This document shows, in pieces, positions 39,966 to 48,220 of a DNA stretch of 64,000 nt. The notes under the pieces were generated by a model, which had not been told where the DNA came from, made no database searches, and was given only the letters and a program-made list of their open reading frames with translations. Where the stretch lies: IMG/VR virus record IMGVR_UViG_3300010163_003659, positions 1-64,000 of that record; one strand, written 5' to 3'. This stretch comes from a virus (Duplodnaviria; Caudoviricetes). Numbering within the stretch: position 1 is the stretch's first letter; each line of letters begins with the position of its first letter. Position numbers and translations under genes: made by a program.

Positions 39966-41104
39966 AGAGATGTCCGGCCAGCATTGATGTTGTAGAGGCA
40001 GCAAAAATCAGAATCCGAAATGTATTTCGGAACGGTCTGCCGGTATATATGTCCTTTAGCGGTGGAAAAGACAGTTTGTGCCTGTCGCAGCTCGTAATGA
40101 ATCTGATACAGACAGGAGAAATCAACCCGGCACAGCTGACTGTGCAATTTATTGATGAAGAAGCCATATTCCCATGCATGGATGAAAAGGTAAGGGAATG
40201 GCGAAAAAAATTTATGCTTGTTGGAGCAAAGTTTGAGTGGTTCTGCCTCGAGGTGAAACACTACAACTGCTTTAATGAACTGTCCAACGACGAAACATTC
40301 ATTTGTTGGGACAGATATAAAAAGGATGTTTGGGTAAGACAGCCGCCATCATTCGCAATCCAAAATCACCCGCTGTTGAAACCCCGGACAGATGCGTATC
40401 AAGATTTTCTTCCAAGGGTATGTTCTGATGGGGTAACGATAACTGGGATAAGGACGGCGGAATCGGTTCAAAGATTACAGAATGTGGCAACCATGCTGAA
40501 AGCAGGGAAGACCGCAACGAACAAGCACCAGGTATTTCCTCTGTATGACTGGACCAATAACGATGTGTGGTTGTACCTTCTTCGAGAAAAGGTAGACATA
40601 CCAGAGATTTATCTATTCTTGTGGCAGTCCGGCACAAGAAAGGGGCAGCTTAGGGTATCGCAGTTCTTTTCTATTGATACCGCCAAAAGCCTTGTGAAAA
40701 TGAATGAGTATTATCCTGACCTTATGGAGAGGATAGTTCGCCGGGAGCCTAACGCATATCTCGCCGCTTTATATTGGGATAGTGAAATGTTTGGAAGAAG
40801 CACGACAGCCAGAAAGCAGAATGAGAAAGGGAAAGCAGAGAAAGATTATAAAGCCGCCCTTTTGGAGTTGTTTTCTGATATGGATGGTAATTTCCAAACA
40901 AAACACAAGAGATATGTGGCCGAACGGTATAGGAATTTCTTTATGAGCGTTTCTGCCATTGCAGACAATAAGGACTGCAAAGCTATTTATGAAGGGCTCA
41001 TTTCCGGTGATCCAAAGCTGCGGTCGTTCCGGGCATTGTATCAGCGGATATATGGTAAATATATCACAGAAGCCAAAAAGAAGGAGGGAATGCGAAATGG
41101 ATAG
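39956..41104 (+). CDS. IbrA-like PAPS-reductase/PP-loop protein
   Basis: SFSGGKDS, FIDEE, GIRTAESVQR, PLYDWTNNDVW, LRVSQ. Confidence 0.8.
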   Translation: MAIKRCPASIDVVEAAKIRIRNVFRNGLPVYMSFSGGKDSLCLSQLVMNLIQTGEINPAQLTVQFIDEEAIFPCMDEKVREWRKKFMLVGAKFEWFCLEVKHYNCFNELSNDETFICWDRYKKDVWVRQPPSFAIQNHPLLKPRTDAYQDFLPRVCSDGVTITGIRTAESVQRLQNVATMLKAGKTATNKHQVFPLYDWTNNDVWLYLLREKVDIPEIYLFLWQSGTRKGQLRVSQFFSIDTAKSLVKMNEYYPDLMERIVRREPNAYLAALYWDSEMFGRSTTARKQNEKGKAEKDYKAALLELFSDMDGNFQTKHKRYVAERYRNFFMSVSAIADNKDCKAIYEGLISGDPKLRSFRALYQRIYGKYITEAKKKEGMRNG

Positions 41105-41618
41105 TAAGATGATAAGCCCTCTTGATACTCTGCAATGGGTAGACAGGGGCATGGTAAAACCAAATGATTATAACCCGAACAAAGTATCGAAACAAAATCT
41201 GGAACTGCTGAAGCAGTCCATTTTAACCAACGGATGGACATTGCCGATTGTGGTGAGGCCGGATTTTACGATTATTGACGGATTCCACCGTTGGACCGTT
41301 GCAGGAGAAGAGCCTCTGGTTTCCATGTTGGAAGGGAAGGTTCCGGTTGTTATTGTAGAACATAAAGACAAAGCAGGAAATATTTACGGTACTGTAACCC
41401 ATAACAGGGCAAGAGGCACACATTTGCTAGAGCCTATGAAAGCAATCGTTAAGGAATTGATGAGCGAAGGTAAGACGGTGGAGGAAATCGGAAAGCAGCT
41501 CGGCATGAGACCGGAAGAAATCTTCCGTCTTTCTGAGTTTTCAAAAGAGGACTTCCTGAAAATGATGATTAAGCCGAATGAGGGCTATTCAAAAGCGGAG
41601 TTCATAACGAAGATTTAA
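41097..41618 (+). CDS. IbrB-like ParB protein
   Basis: PNDYNPNKV...GWTLPIV...IIDGFHR...TVTHNRARG. Confidence 0.85.
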   Translation: MDSKMISPLDTLQWVDRGMVKPNDYNPNKVSKQNLELLKQSILTNGWTLPIVVRPDFTIIDGFHRWTVAGEEPLVSMLEGKVPVVIVEHKDKAGNIYGTVTHNRARGTHLLEPMKAIVKELMSEGKTVEEIGKQLGMRPEEIFRLSEFSKEDFLKMMIKPNEGYSKAEFITKI

Positions 41619-41720
41619 TGATAAATCAATAAATATGCGTGAGAGCCACACACCGGGGAGCGTATGCTCTCCTTTTTGCGTTCCCACGATTGCAAAAACG
41701 AATAGAAGAGAGGTGGTGAT

Positions 41721-42551
41721 ATGCCGAGGGCGCCGAGCGAAAAAATGATTGAAGCTGAAAAGCTGTTTAATGATGGAATGGCAATGGTGGAAATCGCAAA
41801 GAAACTGGGAGTTTCTGATGGTACTGTCCGTAGCTGGAAGAACAGATACGGATGGGCTGACAAGTCAAAAAAAAACAAACGCAACGTTGCAAAAAAAGAC
41901 GGTAAGAAAACTGCAACGTTGCAAAAGAAAAAGAAGGGCGGGCAGCTGGGAAATCAAAATTCTAAGGGAGCATCTAAAGGCAAGGGTAACCCAAAGCCAG
42001 TACCGCCACCCGATAGAACAAAACATGGTGGATATGTTCCTGTGTTCATGGATGCCCTCGATGAAGATGAGCAGGAACTCGTTGCAACGATTCCAGAAGA
42101 TACAGAACGGCAGCTCATGGAGCAAATACAGCTTTTTTCCATTCGGGAGCGCAGAATATTAAAAGCAATCAATAAATACCGGGAGCAAAAGGGAGACGTT
42201 GCGGTTGCTGATGTTACCAGATTTGAGGATAAGAGAATCTTCAAGGATAAGGAGGAAGAGGCAGAATACAATAGGCGCCAGAAGAAAAAAGTTGATAATG
42301 AAGAGATTCTTCCGGGTAAGTCCTACAGCATACAGACGCATACATCAAATAAGGATATGATAATAGCGAGGCTGGAACAGGAGCTTTCGACTGTTCAAAG
42401 CAAAAAGACAAAGGCTATTGAAGCATTGTCGAAATATCGCTTAGAAAAAGCAAAGTTGGAAAGTGAAAGTGCTGGAAATGATGCTGTTGACGATTGGATT
42501 GCAGCGGTTCTTGAGGAAGATGAGGGAGAGGATGTGAGTGGTGATGAATAA
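41721..42551 (+). CDS. terS: Terminase small subunit
   Basis: N-terminal HTH (EIAKKLGVSDGTVRSWKNRYGW), KGGQLGNQN, KHGGY; directly upstream of terL. Confidence 0.85.
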   Translation: MPRAPSEKMIEAEKLFNDGMAMVEIAKKLGVSDGTVRSWKNRYGWADKSKKNKRNVAKKDGKKTATLQKKKKGGQLGNQNSKGASKGKGNPKPVPPPDRTKHGGYVPVFMDALDEDEQELVATIPEDTERQLMEQIQLFSIRERRILKAINKYREQKGDVAVADVTRFEDKRIFKDKEEEAEYNRRQKKKVDNEEILPGKSYSIQTHTSNKDMIIARLEQELSTVQSKKTKAIEALSKYRLEKAKLESESAGNDAVDDWIAAVLEEDEGEDVSGDE

Positions 42552-42920
42552 GAACTCACGAGCGTTAAGGAAACGGTTCTTCCAGAAGAGAATTCCGGTA
42601 TATAGGAAAAATCCTGTCATATTCGCAAGGGAGGTATTGTTATTTGAGCCGGATGAATGGCAAATGGCGGCATTGATGGACTTGGCAGAGAATCCGAAAG
42701 TTGCGATTAAATCTGGGCAAGGTGTTGGAAAAACAGGTTTAGAAGCTGTGGCACTGCTGTGGTTTTTATGCTGCCACCCATATCCGAGGATTGTAGCGAC
42801 TGCACCAACCAAACAGCAGCTACACGATGTGTTGTGGTCCGAAGTCAGCAAATGGATGAGCAAGTCTCCTTTGCTCTCAGAAATCCTCAAGTGGACTAAG
42901 ACATATATCTACATGGTTGG
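42538..42920 (+). CDS. terL: Terminase large subunit, 5' part (interrupted)
   Basis: PDEWQ, Walker A SGQGVGKT, ATAPTKQQL; terL similarity stops at the att repeat. Confidence 0.9.
42900..42920 (+). repeat. attL of inserted element
   Basis: GACATATATCTACATGGTTGG; 19/21 identical to 63340-63360. Confidence 0.9.
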
Positions 42921-43000
42921 TGCGTCATTATTTAACTTTTCGTATCATCTGATATATGGCGGTATTGTTAAAGGGTGTATTTATATCAAATTATATTTTA

Positions 43001-43059
43001 TGGTGTCAATTAGTTTGTAATATGGTGTCAGAATTGGTGTACAGAAAAAAGTGGTGTCA
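43001..43059 (+). promoter_or_regulatory. Integrase arm-type sites (left)
   Basis: TGGTGTCA at 43001, 43023, 43052 and TGGTGTA at 43035; same motif at 63253 and 63265. Confidence 0.7.
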
Positions 43060-43280
43060 TATTGAAAAAAAGTGCTTGACAAGGGTTTTGATGAAATTTG
43101 TTACTCTGTACTTTTATTTCCATTCATTTTGAAATATGGGGTGTTTTATCTATCACCTGCTATTATGTGTTCTTAAGAGGCTGAAAGAGCGCGATTTGCT
43201 ATAATATTTATATCACTTTACATGGCTTGCCACAGTAAAAGGAAAATTAAAAAGACAAAAAAGAATAGGAGGTTTTTAAA

Positions 43281-43490
43281 ATGGTTGCAAGGGAAAAGGC
43301 TGATACAATGGTAACTTTGTCGGACAAGCGGCTGCTGAGTATAGACGAGTTTGGTATTTATGCCAGCATCGGAATATGTAAGGCAAGAGAAATAGCGGAG
43401 GAAACAGGCTCTTTGCTCAAGGTGGGGAAAAGAGTGCTTGTTGACCGGGTAAAGTTTGACCGGTGGTGTGATGAACACAGTGGAGTATGA
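43281..43490 (+). CDS. Excisionase-like small HTH protein
   Basis: RLLSIDEF..YASIG..KAREIA..G...VGKRVLVDRVKFDRW. Confidence 0.7.
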   Translation: MVAREKADTMVTLSDKRLLSIDEFGIYASIGICKAREIAEETGSLLKVGKRVLVDRVKFDRWCDEHSGV

Positions 43491-43520
43491 TACTTGGAGG
43501 AAAGGGGTAAATAAATCAGC

Positions 43521-43934
43521 ATGGGAAGGAAGAAAAAATATTCTCCTAAACCATTTGAAAGTGCTGGTGGAGCAAACGATACTAGCGCCAACATATATGA
43601 AAGTATGTTGACTTCTGCTGCCTTTCAGGATTTAACCAAGAATCAGAGGCTATTGTACATATACATGAAAGCCCAGTTTTACGGTAAAAGGAAGCCAGAG
43701 AAAGATTTTCCGGATGTGGAACAGCTGCAAGGAGATGAATTGTTTTATTTTAATCTTTCTTTGGCTGAAAAATATGGACTTTATACCCGGGCGAACCATA
43801 TGCAGTTTTATAATGACATTAAGATAATAGAACAGCATGGATTTATAAAGACTGTGAGCAATGGGCGTTCTACAAAATCTCGGACAATTTTTAAATTTGT
43901 AGGTGATTGGAAGCTTTGGAATGATACAAGTTAA
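43521..43934 (+). CDS. Winged-helix protein (replication-initiator-like)
   Basis: SAAFQDL...LYIYMK...IEQHGFIK; immediately followed by palindromic iterons. Confidence 0.55.
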   Translation: MGRKKKYSPKPFESAGGANDTSANIYESMLTSAAFQDLTKNQRLLYIYMKAQFYGKRKPEKDFPDVEQLQGDELFYFNLSLAEKYGLYTRANHMQFYNDIKIIEQHGFIKTVSNGRSTKSRTIFKFVGDWKLWNDTS

Positions 43935-43937
43935 AAT

Positions 43938-44079
43938 CCTAGGTGGATTTTTCCACCTAGGCAGGAGGTAAACTAGGTGGATTTTTCCACCTACCCAGAA
44001 GAAAATGGGAAAAAGGTAGGTGGAAATTTCCACCCAGTGTCTGAATATTTTGATACTTACCTAGGTGGAAATTTCCACC
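43938..44079. repeat. Four palindromic iterons TAGGTGGA(T/A)(T/A)TTTCCACC
   Basis: 43938-43961 (perfect 10-bp arms), 43973, 44017, 44060; AT-rich tract follows. Confidence 0.85.
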
Positions 44080-44200
44080 ACTTTATATAAAGTTTACCAT
44101 ATACTTATAAATTTATTGGAAATTAGAAATGGCTGATATGGGCATGCGGATATTGCTTTCAAACAGGAATAGGGATTTGTTATAGAAAGGAAATGAAATT

Positions 44201-44305
44201 GGATATCTGTCCGTTGTTTGCTGTGACATTTGTACGACGTTTGTTATGACATTTGTCCGGACATTTGTACATCATTTGTTGTGACATTTGTCCAGACAAA
44301 TGTCC
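44201..44305. repeat. ~12-bp GACATTTGTCC array matching helper origin iterons
   Basis: Units at 44201, 44224, 44236, 44247, 44259, 44282, 44294; 44252-44268 is the exact reverse complement of 21020-21036. Confidence 0.85.
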
Positions 44306-44819
44306 TGTCTGCCATTATTGCTGATATGGGAATGTGTGTGGTTTTTCTTCTGATTCCTGATAATAGGATATCTGTAAAGCCTTTATTTTCAAGGTTCAGG
44401 GCATGGTATACCACTGGTAGTTATTTGGTTGCCACAGGTTAGGATAGAGTTAGGTTTGCACAGACCTCTAAATACATGGTGCAAAAAATGACTATTCCAT
44501 TGTGCAAAAATGTCCAATGGAAAGTACCAGAGAAACCAATGGATTGTGTAATAATGTCCAACCAATACCAAATAATAAACCATAGCGAACAGATGTCCGA
44601 TGTATAACTGAATACGGGCATAGGATAGCTCTAAGCCTGAGTAATGTAGCAGCAGGAAAATACTACAGACATGGGTATGCAGACAATAATACCGCTACAG
44701 ATAATGGGCTATTTGCCCAAAGCATAATAAAAGCCTGACTGCTGGGACAGAAAGGCTTTTAAAAGGCAAGTGTGGCATTTGCCATATTGGTAAATCTATT
44801 ATAAGGGAGATGCCGTCAT

Positions 44820-45674
44820 ATGTCGAATGAAAAGATTGTTGAGCAGATACAGCAGGGCATTAATGTGACAGCCAATCAGGAAAAGCTCTGGGAGCAAAAT
44901 AAGGGTTTTGTGGTACAGTGTATCAGAAAGTATGTAGGCGGGTGTGATGGGCAGGATTTTAAGGATTTCCTACAGGAAGGTTTTATAGGCTTGATAGATG
45001 CAGCCCGCCTATTTGATGCCGGGCATGGGGTGAAATTTTTGACTTATGCAGAGTACAGTATACGGAGAGCCGTATACCGTTATAATGGCATGAATACCTA
45101 TATGGTGTGTGTCCCGGAGTATCTTAAGGCGAGAATGAGGAAGTTGGCCGCATTCAGGCAGAAATATCGGGAAGAACACCACAGGAACCCGGAACCGGAA
45201 GAAATACTGAACGCTTTACACATTTCTTACCGTTCCCTCTGCCATCTGGAGAAAACCATAATGAACATAAGCACCAGGAGTCTTGATGAGTACATATCGG
45301 AGGATGGGAATACCAAACTGGCCGACCTGCTCTCAACAGATGAAAAGATTGACGAGCTGGCCGGAGGAAGTGAGTACCAAAGGGAGCTGCATGAGGAACT
45401 GGAAGCGGCACTTTCCATTTTGGATAATAAAACTGCCATGATGATACGGTGTGCATATTACCAGGGGAACAATTACACCAAGACCGCTGAAATATTTGGG
45501 TGCAGCAGGCAGGCGGTTGATGAACGCATAAAGAAAGGCTTTTATAAGATACTCCATTCAAGGCATAGGAAAAGGCTGGAAAGCTTCATGTGGGAGGGAT
45601 ACCATGTAGATTCCCGGCGCCTGAAGGACTATGTGGAGGAAATTGACAATATAAGCAGTGATTTTTTGTTATAA
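44820..45674 (+). CDS. Sigma-70 family RNA polymerase sigma factor
   Basis: DFLQEGFIGLIDAARLFD...KFLTYAEYSIR (region 2), SLDE (region 3), TAEIFGCSRQAV (region 4). Confidence 0.85.
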   Translation: MSNEKIVEQIQQGINVTANQEKLWEQNKGFVVQCIRKYVGGCDGQDFKDFLQEGFIGLIDAARLFDAGHGVKFLTYAEYSIRRAVYRYNGMNTYMVCVPEYLKARMRKLAAFRQKYREEHHRNPEPEEILNALHISYRSLCHLEKTIMNISTRSLDEYISEDGNTKLADLLSTDEKIDELAGGSEYQRELHEELEAALSILDNKTAMMIRCAYYQGNNYTKTAEIFGCSRQAVDERIKKGFYKILHSRHRKRLESFMWEGYHVDSRRLKDYVEEIDNISSDFLL

Positions 45675-45679
45675 GGCAG

Positions 45680-46501
45680 GTGGATGGGCATATGCCATAT
45701 TTTTATGATTATTTTGCTAAGGAATACAGGGACAGGCATAAGGAGGGGCTGTTTCCTGCCCCTGCTGCCATGTTCCGGGATATTAGGCAGGATGTGCAGG
45801 GATGCAGGCGGGTCTTAAAAAGTGCTTTTACCGGCTATCGTGAGGGCAGGAATACAGAAGTATTGAAAATGTTGTTTATGGAATACCGGGAATATATTGC
45901 AGGGCTGAATGATATGCAGGCAAAAGACAGATGTAATGCTTTTGCTTACCAGTATATGGTAGAGACATATGCTGGCAGCAGGGCGATAGCCACAAAGCTG
46001 GGGGTTGTGAAGGATACTGTATGGAATTACATCAACAGATGCATTGATGAAATGCTGATACTCTGCATGGGAATACCGGCAGCAGTTGAAGGTCCTGAAG
46101 GCAAAGAAAAGATTGTCCGGATGCTGGCAGGGGGTTGCAGGCTTCTACGGAATATGGCAGGGGAATATGTCCTGCTGCTCTTCCCGGGCAGGAGGCAGAA
46201 CCGGGCAGTAGAATGGGGCAGAGAGATAACAGGAGATGTTCTGCAGCAATTTGCGGGGGCTGTGGAGGCATACCTAGACTATTGCAGGGATGGACACACC
46301 CGCATTGATACTGACATCCGGAAGGCGTGGGTTCTGGAAAGGTGCATTGACGGAATTAGCCCTGCTGCCATTGCTGAAGAATATGGATGTTGTGAAAGCA
46401 CAATCTATGCAGATATTCGGGAGAATGATAGACGGCTTGCGGCCATGCTGTTTGATATGGAAAGAGATACTGCAAGCAACGGAAAAGTAAGGATAAATTG
46501 A
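45680..46501 (+). CDS. Tandem two-domain homologue of helper late regulator
   Basis: Two HTH-ending modules, each resembling the C-terminal half of 36264-36854. Confidence 0.55.
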   Translation: MDGHMPYFYDYFAKEYRDRHKEGLFPAPAAMFRDIRQDVQGCRRVLKSAFTGYREGRNTEVLKMLFMEYREYIAGLNDMQAKDRCNAFAYQYMVETYAGSRAIATKLGVVKDTVWNYINRCIDEMLILCMGIPAAVEGPEGKEKIVRMLAGGCRLLRNMAGEYVLLLFPGRRQNRAVEWGREITGDVLQQFAGAVEAYLDYCRDGHTRIDTDIRKAWVLERCIDGISPAAIAEEYGCCESTIYADIRENDRRLAAMLFDMERDTASNGKVRIN

Positions 46502-46707
46502 TGCCAGAGAAGAATAGGGGAATAGATTTTTACTCAAAAATGAGTAAAGCAGACAGCAGTGGGAAAACGTCAACGGATTATGACATTTCTTTGGACATGT
46601 CAAAGCAGATTTGTATGATACAGAGGATGTCGGAGGGGAAACAGTGTCGGCAGTACCTTATCGACTTGGAGAAGGCATGAAATACACTGGAGCAGGTTAT
46701 GGCAAGG
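46498..46707 (+). pseudogene. AntA/AntB antirepressor fragment
   Basis: DYDISLDMSKQICMIQR..GKQCRQYLIDLEKA*NTLEQVMAR: TGA where the family normally has W; N-terminus missing. Confidence 0.65.
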
Positions 46708-46724
46708 GAAGGGGAATCTAAAGT

Positions 46725-47480
46725 ATGGAACAGTTGATCATGATTGAAAACGAGATGGTACCAGTATATACTACCAGCACAGGTGAGAAGGTAGTATATG
46801 GAACAGAGCTTCATCGAGTTTTAGAGGTAAAAAGCAATTATCGGGAATGGGCAAGCAGACGTTTTTTGGATATTGGAGCGGTGCAGCAGGAAGACTTCGA
46901 AAGCGTCGAAATTCCGACACTGGCAGGCGGCACTCCGAGGAAAGAGCATATTATCCGGTTGGATACCGCCAAAGAAATGGCTATGCTGGAGAGGAATGAG
47001 AAAGGAAAGCAGATCAGACGGTATTTTATTCAAGTTGAAAAGAAATATAGGGGCAGCAGTTCTGGGATGATTCCGAAAGGCAGGCAGCTGATGGCATTGG
47101 CGGTGATGGAGGCACAGAAGATTATTGCGGAACAGGAGCAGGTCATCTGTAGAATGAAGCCTAAGGAAGTTTTTGCTGATGCGGTGTCTGCATCCGACAG
47201 CTCCATCCTAATTGGGGAACTCGCCAAGATACTCCGGCAGAATGGGATTGCCACCGGGGAAAAGAGGTTATTTAGCTGGATGCGGCAGCAGGGCTATTTG
47301 ATACGCAGGAAAGGCATAGATTATAATATGCCGACGCAACGGAGCATGGAGATGGAACTCTTTGAGATAAGGGAGCGGACTATCAACAATCCGGGCGGGA
47401 GTATCCGGATAACAAAGACTGTGCTTGTGACAGGCAAAGGGCAGCAGTATTTCATTAATAAATTTTTGGATGAGGATTAG
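46725..47480 (+). CDS. Antirepressor, AntA N-terminal plus KilAC/ANT C-terminal
   Basis: ELHRVLEVKSNY..W, LDTAKEMAML, RRYFI; ILIGELAKIL..NG, NMPTQRSME, VTGKGQQYF. Confidence 0.9.
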   Translation: MEQLIMIENEMVPVYTTSTGEKVVYGTELHRVLEVKSNYREWASRRFLDIGAVQQEDFESVEIPTLAGGTPRKEHIIRLDTAKEMAMLERNEKGKQIRRYFIQVEKKYRGSSSGMIPKGRQLMALAVMEAQKIIAEQEQVICRMKPKEVFADAVSASDSSILIGELAKILRQNGIATGEKRLFSWMRQQGYLIRRKGIDYNMPTQRSMEMELFEIRERTINNPGGSIRITKTVLVTGKGQQYFINKFLDED

Positions 47481-47584
47481 TATACAGTTATTTCTTATAT
47501 GCAGCAAATAAAGTTCTCAATATGGTTGACAAAAAAGCTGACAAATTGTAAAATTAGCTCATATCTAAAAATGATTGGAGGAAA

Positions 47585-48220
47585 ATGATGGGAGCATTTG
47601 GTAAAGATTTGTTAACCCAACACGAGATGATAACCTTGGCATCAATTGTACAGGTTGGAGATGCTACTTACTTTGATTTGCTAGAGGCAGAAAGACCGAT
47701 GTTTGCGCATCCGTATTTCACTGATTTGAAGGGAAGAGTACGGACGAAACTTGTACAGATGCAGTGTGAGATGGAGCACTATGACGGCAAGTTCCCATTT
47801 GCGTTTTCTGAACGGGAATTTTGCTATGGGCATAAAGTGCCAGAATTAAGGAATAAGTATATGATAATCCATTTTGCACAAAGTAATTCGCCGACTTCCC
47901 TTCCAAGCAAGGCTGATTACAAATGTGAATTGACATTTAACAATGATTCGTTGTACCGTCAAATGAGATTTGACTTTTTAGGAGAACAAAAATATGTTAA
48001 AGAGCCATATTATGGCATTTTGGTTTTCGGAGGCCGGCAGGGAAAGACATTTTGCCGTTTACAGTTTCCGGAGCCGGGATACAGGGCTATTGCAGATTAC
48101 ATTGATATACCTATGATGAGTTTGGTGCCTGAAAAGGAGGAAACAAAGAAATTTGAAAGGAAAAAGGCGATACTGAGGGAGGAATTTCTAGCTCATAATG
48201 TCAGGGAAGAAGTATTATGA
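47585..48220 (+). CDS. Hypothetical protein; putative toxin of RosmerTA-like pair
   Basis: Translationally coupled (ATGA) to XRE-ImmA gene; own promoter TTGACA 47526. Confidence 0.45.
   Translation: MMGAFGKDLLTQHEMITLASIVQVGDATYFDLLEAERPMFAHPYFTDLKGRVRTKLVQMQCEMEHYDGKFPFAFSEREFCYGHKVPELRNKYMIIHFAQSNSPTSLPSKADYKCELTFNNDSLYRQMRFDFLGEQKYVKEPYYGILVFGGRQGKTFCRLQFPEPGYRAIADYIDIPMMSLVPEKEETKKFERKKAILREEFLAHNVREEVL

Noticed and set aside
42921-43020. C-terminal tail (ASLFNFSYHL...) of ORF 42538-43020 as a short complete terminase
   Set aside because: It is read-through into the inserted element; the true continuation is at 63361 onward.
43938-44305. CRISPR array
   Set aside because: Repeats are short, irregularly spaced or abutting, without uniform unique spacers; no cas genes in the window.
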